This document shows, piece after piece, positions 1-6,971 of a stretch of DNA of 29,993 bases (within the stretch, counting starts at the first letter, position 1; each line of letters begins with the position of its first letter). Source of the DNA: a virus (taxonomy: Duplodnaviria; Caudoviricetes); IMG/VR virus record IMGVR_UViG_3300035102_000171, positions 1 to 29,993 of that record, one strand, 5' to 3'. The position numbers were made by a program, and so were the translations under genes. The notes under the pieces were generated by a model. It did no database searches, was not told the DNA's origin, and saw only the letters and a program-made list of their open reading frames with translations.

Positions 1-2
1 CT

Positions 3-119
3 GGTCAGACGGTTAGACTGAAAGCACCGTACCACTACGACACCAGCAGTACATATTGTTCTGCTCGCAATCACCATGCTTGGATTAGAATGGACAACAT
101 AAAATTAATAATGGAGTGA
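3..119 (+). CDS. 3' end of a tail-associated protein (partial, runs off left edge)
   Basis: Frame 3 is open from the edge to TGA at 117-119 (GQTVRLKAPYHYDTSSTYCSARNHHAWIRMDNIKLIME) and lies upstream of tail genes. Confidence 0.5.
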   Translation, partial: GQTVRLKAPYHYDTSSTYCSARNHHAWIRMDNIKLIME

Positions 120-125
120 CTTTAA

Positions 126-554
126 ATGGTAACATGTGAAGAAACAAGGGCAGCTCTGGTAGCTGCCATAGAAGAAGCAGAAACGAACTATGAGACAGTT
201 GTAAAAGAGCAGCTTGCTATGTATCCTTTCGATGATACGACTGCTTGGGATCAGCTTTCAGCTGATGAAAAGGTAGCTGAGTGGAGTCGCAAGAATCAGG
301 CTAAAGGGCTCATAGACATGGCAAAGAACGATCTGGCAGTGTATGACGGCAAGAGGATGTCATTCTACAACTCAAGAGATGAAACATTCAGACTGCTTGA
401 AGAAGACAAGAATGCACAGATAGCAGCTATTGAGGAGCAGTACAAGACTGACCGTGATGTAAAAGCTGCTGAACTGCAGGACAAGGAGAACTATGCCAAG
501 GCTACGAGTGATTGGGAACTGACCAATTACACAGCAGATTGGAACTCAGCATAA
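126..554 (+). CDS. hypothetical helical/coiled-coil protein in the tail module
   Basis: 142-aa ORF with GGAGTGA RBS-like site upstream; A/E/K-rich; tightly packed with neighbours. Confidence 0.7.
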   Translation: MVTCEETRAALVAAIEEAETNYETVVKEQLAMYPFDDTTAWDQLSADEKVAEWSRKNQAKGLIDMAKNDLAVYDGKRMSFYNSRDETFRLLEEDKNAQIAAIEEQYKTDRDVKAAELQDKENYAKATSDWELTNYTADWNSA

Positions 555-570
555 CCGGAACACCTGAAAC

Positions 571-1797
571 ATGGCTCTGTTTCCCCTCATATTTCCGTTC
601 AGGTTTGGATATAACTCCACATCGTCATATAACTCCACATCGTCATATAACCAGCATAGTGTATCTGCACGCATGTTGATAGAGGATAATGACGGTGATA
701 TCTACACTGCAACGGTCACGAACTTCCAGATAGATCACTCGTCGGTTGTACCCACGGCCATCATTGACATTGAGATCAACGTGGCAGGTGCAACAGATGC
801 TTACATCTCACCCATTAGATTTGATAATATAGTCAGGCTGCAGGTGGATGAACGTATTAACGCACGTGAGAGCAGCGTATATGTGGATAAGTTCGAGGGA
901 AGGGTCACAAGTATCCAGTCAGAGCTTTCAAACTCAAATCGTACCAGGCTTACCTGTAGAGGGCACGAAGAGGAACTTCTTTGGAGTCCGATAACTGCTG
1001 CATATAGTGCCAGCAGTACGACAACCGGATCCATTCTGTCCTCTCTGTGTGGGTCTTATCTGTCCAGGCTAACCGGGAACTCGATGATAGATATTGCAGA
1101 CAGTACTACTATAACATCTTTCAACGTTAAGAAAGACTCCAAGTTCATGGTGGATGTTGTCAGCGACCTTTTGCAGCTTGAAGGGTATGCTTACAGGTTT
1201 GGAACTTCGACAACGTACAACAGTGACGGCACACTGGCCTCTGTAACGCCAGTATGGGAGCCTGTACCCACAGCAGTATCAGAAACACTTAGGGTGCTTG
1301 AAGGCACGGGCAGGCTCATATCTGCACGGTTCAGAGCAGGAATAGAGGGGCTTGTCAAAACATCAATTGTTTACGGAGAATCCGGAGAACCACAAAAGCG
1401 AGGATCCTATTCAAACACCTGGACATCACACGACTATGGCAACCGGTACAGCATTGAAACTGACCGGAGCATTGCATCTGATTCACTGTGTGCCGATCTT
1501 GCCGAGCAGATAGCCATAAACGACGGAGAGGAGAGCCTGAAACCTTCCGGCACTTTGACACTGTTAGGTATGCCGGACGTTCAAAAAGGGGATCTGATAA
1601 CTGTAAATATTCCTTCTGTTATCATCAACGGGGAGCAGATCAAGGACAGTTTCAGAGTTCAGAGGGTCGGCCGCGTTTACAGTCAGGGACAGGTAGCCAC
1701 AACGCTTGATGTAGGCAGTATTGAACTTAGAGAAGGGGACATTATAGCCCGTGGCCTGGTAGCTTCAAAACGCAACAACCTTAATCTTATTGATTGA
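571..1797 (+). CDS. tail tip/baseplate hub-like protein (Mu gp44/T4 gp27-like fold inferred)
   Basis: 408 aa, beta-rich; FEGRV..I...LTCRG segment and C-terminal G.P....GDLITV...FRVQRV...TTLDVG pattern typical of hub proteins; N-terminal FPLIFPFRF motif. Confidence 0.65.
   Translation: MALFPLIFPFRFGYNSTSSYNSTSSYNQHSVSARMLIEDNDGDIYTATVTNFQIDHSSVVPTAIIDIEINVAGATDAYISPIRFDNIVRLQVDERINARESSVYVDKFEGRVTSIQSELSNSNRTRLTCRGHEEELLWSPITAAYSASSTTTGSILSSLCGSYLSRLTGNSMIDIADSTTITSFNVKKDSKFMVDVVSDLLQLEGYAYRFGTSTTYNSDGTLASVTPVWEPVPTAVSETLRVLEGTGRLISARFRAGIEGLVKTSIVYGESGEPQKRGSYSNTWTSHDYGNRYSIETDRSIASDSLCADLAEQIAINDGEESLKPSGTLTLLGMPDVQKGDLITVNIPSVIINGEQIKDSFRVQRVGRVYSQGQVATTLDVGSIELREGDIIARGLVASKRNNLNLID
610..651 (+). 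repeat. 18-bp in-frame tandem repeat (TATAACTCCACATCGTCA x2.3)
   Basis: Exact copies at 610-627 and 628-645 plus a partial third; encodes YNSTSS-YNSTSS-YN. Confidence 0.9.
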
Positions 1798-1819
1798 GCA
1801 GAGGAGTACCATCTCGTAA

Positions 1820-2242
1820 TCACCTAAATACGTACTTCATTCTTTCCCATCTGCTCATCTTTTTTATTTCCGCTTCTTCCTGGTCCCGCAGGTCCTGAGC
1901 GATCTCTATAAGGGGTTTTGACTCGATCTTATGTGAAAGTGTCTGCTGGGTTATCTGAGCCCTCTCGATTTGAGCATCTTTGATAGTGATCTGTTCTTTC
2001 AGGTATTCTATGTAATCGAGGTAAACACTATCCTGCGAGTTGTTGTTTCCGTTTTGTGAGCTTTTCTTATCATCGTTTCCATTTTTTTCGGAATCGTGCA
2101 CATATCGTTTCTCAAGCTGCTCTATTACAATTTCAGCCTTTGATTTTTCTGATAACATTTCTTCCTTTTCGATCCTCTCCAGTAGTTCAGGAGGGATCCT
2201 TACACCGAGCGGAACTTTTGCCATGGTCATCACCGTGGACAA
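1820..2242 (-). CDS. RHH/CopG-type regulator with C-terminal coiled coil
   Basis: N-terminal VPLGVRIPPELLERIE...SKAEIVIEQLEKRY strand-helix-helix pattern, then coiled coil YIEYLKEQITIKDAQIE. Confidence 0.7.
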   Translation of the reverse strand: MSTVMTMAKVPLGVRIPPELLERIEKEEMLSEKSKAEIVIEQLEKRYVHDSEKNGNDDKKSSQNGNNNSQDSVYLDYIEYLKEQITIKDAQIERAQITQQTLSHKIESKPLIEIAQDLRDQEEAEIKKMSRWERMKYVFR

Positions 2243-2530
2243 AATGTAACCTTTATATTATTTTATTTTATTTATTGAGTATTGCAGCCACTTGTTTACA
2301 AACCGGAAATGCTATAATCCAGAGTTATAAACTTCTTGTATTCATACATACTGTAGGCTGTCAGGTACACTCAACTGAAAAATAGAAAATTAAAACGCTA
2401 TCGGGTAATATGTGGATATTCTTTTGTTCAGCTAACCATTCCATAGACTATATGCAATAATTATTTTCTACCGACAACCCCACGATGTTATGGGTAAAAA
2501 AGCTGTAATTCGTAAGCGTTAGATGAAAGT

Positions 2531-2821
2531 TTAATCAGTGTACTTAAAATCCCATCTGCATGAAAGGCCATCTAGAATGACAGTTGCATTCCATGTATCT
2601 GTTAGATCCTCACCGTGGAGTTGTTTGATATCAAGTTTAAAGCGGTGGTCTGATAATGCCTCGACTTTAACGGGTATCATCTCAGAGCATTCTATTAAGT
2701 CTAAGCTATTCTTCCAGCTTGAGAATATGTGGCTAAAATTGGTTTGTTGATAGCCTGTCATTTTTAGGCTGCCTGGTATGTTGTCAATCTCCCAAAATGG
2801 TAATTCTTCGTAATCATCCAC
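2531..2821 (-). CDS. hypothetical protein
   Basis: 96-aa ORF, GTG start after GGAGTGA, co-oriented with upstream minus-strand genes. Confidence 0.55.
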   Translation of the reverse strand: MDDYEELPFWEIDNIPGSLKMTGYQQTNFSHIFSSWKNSLDLIECSEMIPVKVEALSDHRFKLDIKQLHGEDLTDTWNATVILDGLSCRWDFKYTD

Positions 2822-2832
2822 TTAAATCACTC

Positions 2833-3057
2833 CTATTCATCCATACTTAACATCTTACTTGCCCCCATATCTTCCGTGATAAGCCAGTCCATGGCTATGG
2901 TGATCTTCTGACCGTCCAGGGTGAGCAGGCATATGTGTTCACCTTCGTTGATGACAGCATATACTTTGATACCCCACTGCTCTTTGATGAAGTCATATAG
3001 AGCCCGGGCTTTGTCGTTGAGCTGGAGCTCGTTTGATTTTTGAACTTCCACATTCAT
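2833..3057 (-). CDS. hypothetical protein
   Basis: 74-aa ORF; its ATG overlaps the TGA of the upstream RHH gene (ATGA coupling). Confidence 0.65.
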   Translation of the reverse strand: MNVEVQKSNELQLNDKARALYDFIKEQWGIKVYAVINEGEHICLLTLDGQKITIAMDWLITEDMGASKMLSMDE

Positions 3058-3182
3058 TCCTTCTTATGTTGTTCATAGATCAGCAGTAGGGTCTTGATAA
3101 CTGAATCTCTGCTGCTGTGGCCTTCTTCTCTTTTGATCCTGTCCAATTCCTCGACGGACTGCTCTGATACGTCAATCTTCAT
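3054..3182 (-). CDS. small RHH DNA-binding protein, 42 aa (not in ORF track)
   Basis: MKIDVSEQSVEELDRIKREEGHSSRDSVIKTLLLIYEQHKKE; minus-strand TTTATATA at 3205-3212 lies about 23 nt before the ATG (leaderless). Confidence 0.75.
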   Translation of the reverse strand: MKIDVSEQSVEELDRIKREEGHSSRDSVIKTLLLIYEQHKKE

Positions 3183-3290
3183 ATGTATTGATATGCTTCA
3201 CAGCTATATAAACCTATACCTTAGAGTTACTTAAAACACTACTTAATAAGTACATTTATATATCATTAGGTACTATTAGTAACTGCAACA
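3183..3290. promoter_or_regulatory. back-to-back archaeal promoters with palindromic operator candidates
   Basis: TTTATATA on - (3205-3212) and on + (3255-3262); palindromes TACTTA-A-TAAGTA (3240-3252) and TACTA-T-TAGTA (3271-3281). Confidence 0.6.
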
Positions 3291-3388
3291 GCCAGAACAA
3301 CTGAGTCACTGAACGAATTAACACCGAGCACAGGAAAGCTCACAGACATGGGTGTTCTGGCGGTTGACAGAGTTAGGAACGAATTAAC

Positions 3389-3730
3389 ATGGAAGCAACG
3401 CTATTTGTGTGCCCGTCAAGGCACAATGGTATGACTCGTGAGGATCTTCTCACAGAGTCGGATGTCAAGCATTTCGTGGAGAATGTGGCCGGCATCGGAA
3501 CAGTTCAGAGAGCTATCAAACTGACCGCAGATGATGGTCATGATGTAGCAGGCAATTGTCGCAGTACATTGAAACATGAGGACATGTGGCAGGTATCTGC
3601 ATCTGCTGATAGTCGTCACGATAATGCAATTCTCGCAGTACCTTATTCTCTTGCATTGCCATCTGACATGGCCGATAGAGCACCGTATATGGACGTAAAC
3701 CAAGACATCGGAGTAGTTACAGAACTCTGA
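3389..3730 (+). CDS. hypothetical protein
   Basis: 113 aa; ATG directly follows CGAATTAAC; T-tract after the stop. Confidence 0.7.
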   Translation: MEATLFVCPSRHNGMTREDLLTESDVKHFVENVAGIGTVQRAIKLTADDGHDVAGNCRSTLKHEDMWQVSASADSRHDNAILAVPYSLALPSDMADRAPYMDVNQDIGVVTEL

Positions 3731-3756
3731 TCCTTTTCTTTTTGGAGTGTTGAAAA

Positions 3757-3978
3757 ATGTCCAATAACGGCAACGAAATAAAGATCAATGAGATTACGAT
3801 CAAGAGGAAAGTAAACCTCGGAAACTACGAGAGTCTGGAAGTGGGTGCCAGCATCAGTCCAAGTTCTGACAGTAGCACTGATGCAACTGTGGACGCTCTT
3901 ATTCTGCAGCTTGATTGTGAGCTGCTCAATGCAGTTGAGAAGATAACAAACCGCAAGGCCGGTGTGGGAGCTGAGTAA
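3757..3978 (+). CDS. hypothetical viral protein
   Basis: 73 aa, GGAGTG RBS; the RKVNLGNYES motif resembles small phage proteins. Confidence 0.7.
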   Translation: MSNNGNEIKINEITIKRKVNLGNYESLEVGASISPSSDSSTDATVDALILQLDCELLNAVEKITNRKAGVGAE

Positions 3979-3979
3979 A

Positions 3980-4201
3980 ATGGAACAGCAATATGTCAGC
4001 TATATCATTGATAGCACTGATCCGGATTATAAGGCCGCATATCTACTCATGAACGACCTGACAAACACAAAGGGCGAGCAGACCGAGTTCATAACTGATG
4101 GTGGGGAGGTTTCACTAGTAGGCCTTGGTAGAGTATCTTATTCTAATGATGATGAGCTGGTCGATAAGTGCAGAGAAGTCATGCAGGAGCTGGGGATATG
4201 A
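3980..4201 (+). CDS. hypothetical protein
   Basis: ATG at 3980, just after the previous stop, is preferred over the track start at 3962. Confidence 0.65.
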   Translation: MEQQYVSYIIDSTDPDYKAAYLLMNDLTNTKGEQTEFITDGGEVSLVGLGRVSYSNDDELVDKCREVMQELGI

Positions 4202-4425
4202 GAGTGACAGTCGACAAGGTGTCGGAGTTCCATCCCGGCAAAGTATTCGATATCACTGACTGGTTCTGCGAGAAGAACGACATCTCGTACAAGGAAGCCA
4301 TTGTAGAACATGAGACTCCGAAAGCCTACTCCATGAGGTTCACGGACGGGGCGCAGCACTGGGTTCCAAAGTCTCTCTGTAAGGAGATAAAGATCGAGGC
4401 TACTACTCTGGAGGGCTATGTATGA
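4198..4425 (+). CDS. hypothetical small beta-barrel-like protein
   Basis: ATGA overlap with the previous gene; HETPKAY...HWVPKS motif. Confidence 0.65.
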   Translation: MRVTVDKVSEFHPGKVFDITDWFCEKNDISYKEAIVEHETPKAYSMRFTDGAQHWVPKSLCKEIKIEATTLEGYV

Positions 4426-4512
4426 GAGCCACTGCCGGAGAACTTCGCAGCAGGGTGTCAGAGGCTAGGATCATGCAGATACGTGGATGGTTCAGGTTCT
4501 ACAGGTGGTAAT

Positions 4513-4743
4513 ATGGTACGCAAAGAGATAATAGAATATCTTGATAGTATCAAAAAGCCTCCAGTCATATTTAATTCAAAATCTGTGGTGCATACTGTTA
4601 ATTCTGATCGCAAATGCAAAAGCTACAATGGAGAGCTTACAGCGAAGCGTCGAGCATGTACTCAGATGTTGAAAGCTAACTGCATACCGGGATGGGATAT
4701 TCAGCCACTTGATAAGAAGCGTTTCATCGCCAGGAGGGCTTAG
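4513..4743 (+). CDS. hypothetical basic protein, possibly DNA-binding
   Basis: ATG after AGGTGG RBS (MVRKEII...); K/R-rich. Confidence 0.5.
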   Translation: MVRKEIIEYLDSIKKPPVIFNSKSVVHTVNSDRKCKSYNGELTAKRRACTQMLKANCIPGWDIQPLDKKRFIARRA

Positions 4744-4891
4744 ATGGTTGCAGTAGGCAGACGCAAGCATAACAGCTATGCAAGAATGTTTTTGAACAGA
4801 TTTAAGAGGACTAATCCAGGCAAATTTGCCTGATATTTTTTTTGAGCGAATCGGGCTTTCCTAAAGCCCATAGTAAAGGAAGGTGTAAAAG

Positions 4892-5350
4892 ATGGGAATA
4901 AAATATTCAGATGAAGATAACTTAATGCCCGTGCTTGCCGTCCGGCAGCCATGGGCTTCACTTATCGAAATGGGCTATAAAACCATTGAAGTAAGGAACA
5001 TGAATACACATTTCCGTGGTCCTATAGCAATCTATGCCAGTAGATCAAAGCCCAGAAAAGCGGATTTGGCATTATTTGAAGACAGTATTGTATTTGCTGA
5101 TGGAGGCGATTGCTTGCCCTATGGTGTGATTATAGCCAAAGCTCAACTATCGGGGTGTAAAAAGCATGTTGATAAGAGTACTTTTGACATCATGAAGTCA
5201 AAGCATCTTGCACCAATGTCATACTATCAACCTGGTAAAACATGTCTGTGGATGCTGAATAATGTGCAAACTATTCAGACAGTTGAGTATAAAATGAATG
5301 GCTCTATTGTATGGGGAAATGTTGACAGAGATCTTATCAAGGTGGTTTAA
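4892..5350 (+). CDS. ASCH domain (PUA-like) protein
   Basis: L.VRQPWASLI..GYKTIEVR, RGPIAIYAS and G.IIA.A.L motifs. Confidence 0.85.
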   Translation: MGIKYSDEDNLMPVLAVRQPWASLIEMGYKTIEVRNMNTHFRGPIAIYASRSKPRKADLALFEDSIVFADGGDCLPYGVIIAKAQLSGCKKHVDKSTFDIMKSKHLAPMSYYQPGKTCLWMLNNVQTIQTVEYKMNGSIVWGNVDRDLIKVV

Positions 5351-5694
5351 TGGGATTCATAAGATGCCGTGACCTCAAGGAAGCAAAGCGCAGGATATCT
5401 GAGCTTAAAAGCAGCATCAAAGAAGTAGATGTTCAAAACAAGAAGATTAAGGATTTGATAGACAATAACAAAGCTCAGATAATGTCATTTCAAGAAGAAA
5501 TATCAGATTTAAATATTGAAATATTTGCTTATGAGGATGAAATAGAAGATAATAAGGAGTGGCTATCAGAAGCAAATGCAGAGCTTGAAAAGTTGCAAGG
5601 ATTGTTTGAGGACAACGAAGTAAGGGCATGTGATAAGCCAAGACCTGAATGTGAGCGTCCTCTAAGTTCATTTCGTCTTGTAAAAAATACCTAA
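5350..5694 (+). CDS. coiled-coil protein
   Basis: Heptad-rich 114-aa ORF with TAATG overlap. Confidence 0.65.
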   Translation: MGFIRCRDLKEAKRRISELKSSIKEVDVQNKKIKDLIDNNKAQIMSFQEEISDLNIEIFAYEDEIEDNKEWLSEANAELEKLQGLFEDNEVRACDKPRPECERPLSSFRLVKNT

Positions 5695-5719
5695 GCTCAC
5701 AAGTAAAGGAAGTTTTCAC

Positions 5720-5839
5720 ATGGATGACGAAACAATACAATATTATGCAACAGTGGTCCACGATGCAATGACAGAGCAGCAGGATCCAAAAATACTAAAT
5801 GAGATTTCTCATTTTTTAAAATCTCTGATTCACAAGTAG
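5720..5839 (+). CDS. small hypothetical protein (39 aa)
   Basis: MDDETIQYYATVVHDAMTEQQDPKILNEISHFLKSLIHK fills the gap; AAGGA upstream. Confidence 0.4.
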   Translation: MDDETIQYYATVVHDAMTEQQDPKILNEISHFLKSLIHK

Positions 5840-5850
5840 AGGAGATCATA

Positions 5851-6042
5851 GTGACAAATGGTAGATTGGGATATACAAAATTTGTCTGTGCTCATTGCCA
5901 CAGGGAAATAGAGTCAGGTGCAAAAGCATTGCGGGATGTATGGATATGTCCTAAATGTTTTGAATCATTCCGACAGGTTCGGGATGCGTGGATCGAAGGT
6001 AGAAAAATAACAATTCAGGCAGGCATATCCTGTTATGCCTGA
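5851..6042 (+). CDS. small zinc-finger protein
   Basis: CAHC...CPKC; GAGGAG RBS before GTG. Confidence 0.6.
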   Translation: MTNGRLGYTKFVCAHCHREIESGAKALRDVWICPKCFESFRQVRDAWIEGRKITIQAGISCYA

Positions 6043-6062
6043 ACTGCCAAATAGAGGAAACT

Positions 6063-6161
6063 ATGACAAAAGAAGAACGCTTAAAAGACCTGATTATATT
6101 TTTTAGTATAGGCGCTGCTGTTCTTTTCATGTATGCATTTTTAGCAAAGTGGTTACTATGA
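6063..6161 (+). CDS. single-TM micro-protein (32 aa)
   Basis: MTKEERLKDLIIFFSIGAAVLFMYAFLAKWLL; GAGGA RBS; ATGA overlap with the next ORF. Confidence 0.45.
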   Translation: MTKEERLKDLIIFFSIGAAVLFMYAFLAKWLL

Positions 6162-6310
6162 AAACATATATTGCAATATTTGAAGCCAGTTATAAGACCG
6201 AAGCACCAAACATACAACAGGCATTAATCAACATCTCTCAGGAAATCAAAGATAAAATAGAAACTATCAATTTTGAAATAAAGTCTATAGATGTTGAGGA
6301 AGATTGTTAA
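6158..6310 (+). CDS. small hypothetical protein (50 aa)
   Basis: MKTYIAIFEASYKTEAPNIQQAL...; coupled to the previous stop. Confidence 0.45.
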   Translation: MKTYIAIFEASYKTEAPNIQQALINISQEIKDKIETINFEIKSIDVEEDC

Positions 6311-6344
6311 TTTCTAAACCGCCAAGGAAAGGAAGTGTTAAGAA

Positions 6345-6497
6345 ATGCCAAAAGCTAAAATCGGAGGAAAATGTCGGATATGTGGCCGGCACTATTCAAG
6401 AAAAGGCGATTGTGTTAAGCATGTTGAAAAAGAACATGCCGGCAAAGAGACTGATGTAATAGATATTCAAAAAAGCACAAAGAACAAGTATTCTTAA
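6345..6497 (+). CDS. C2H2 zinc-finger protein (50 aa, not in ORF track)
   Basis: CRICGRHYSRKGDCVKHVEKEH fits C-x2-C-x12-H-x4-H. Confidence 0.65.
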   Translation: MPKAKIGGKCRICGRHYSRKGDCVKHVEKEHAGKETDVIDIQKSTKNKYS

Positions 6498-6637
6498 GAA
6501 CTGATTATTATTTTGTAGTTGAAGAAAACAATACAAAACAATTGATTGATGTAAACAAGAGCGAATATTACACATATGATATAGGCGAATGGTATAACTA
6601 TACGAGTCCTAGAAATATATTAAATTGAGGAATGAAC

Positions 6638-6787
6638 ATGCAATGGAAAGTAAAACTTGATAATAAAGAATGTCCGCATCTTATTGAAGATCAAGACGCT
6701 AAGTTCTGCAGATTGTTACCTATAAAAAATGATGATGATTGTTATGAGTTTTGTACTGATTACAACTGTCCGAGGTGGATAAAATGA
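6638..6787 (+). CDS. small Cys-rich protein (49 aa)
   Basis: MQWKVKLDNKECPHL...FCRL...CYEFCTDYNCPRWIK; GAGGA upstream. Confidence 0.5.
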   Translation: MQWKVKLDNKECPHLIEDQDAKFCRLLPIKNDDDCYEFCTDYNCPRWIK

Positions 6788-6971
6788 GCAAGAAAACACA
6801 TATTAGAAGGCTAAGTAAACCAGGGATGACCGTATTGCAAACAATATATGTAAGAACTGTTATTTATGCTTTTCTAACTGTCTATATTTTTAATATTTGT
6901 GTTGTACTATTTGTTCAAAAAACATAATTAATTTATAAATACTATATTGTATTGTAGCTTAATAAAATTAA

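Noticed and set aside
3314-3322. CGAATTAAC as an rRNA-pairing element
   Set aside because: It partly complements bacterial 16S TTAATTCG, but the archaeal equivalent reads TTAATTGG and the site is not the anti-SD tail.
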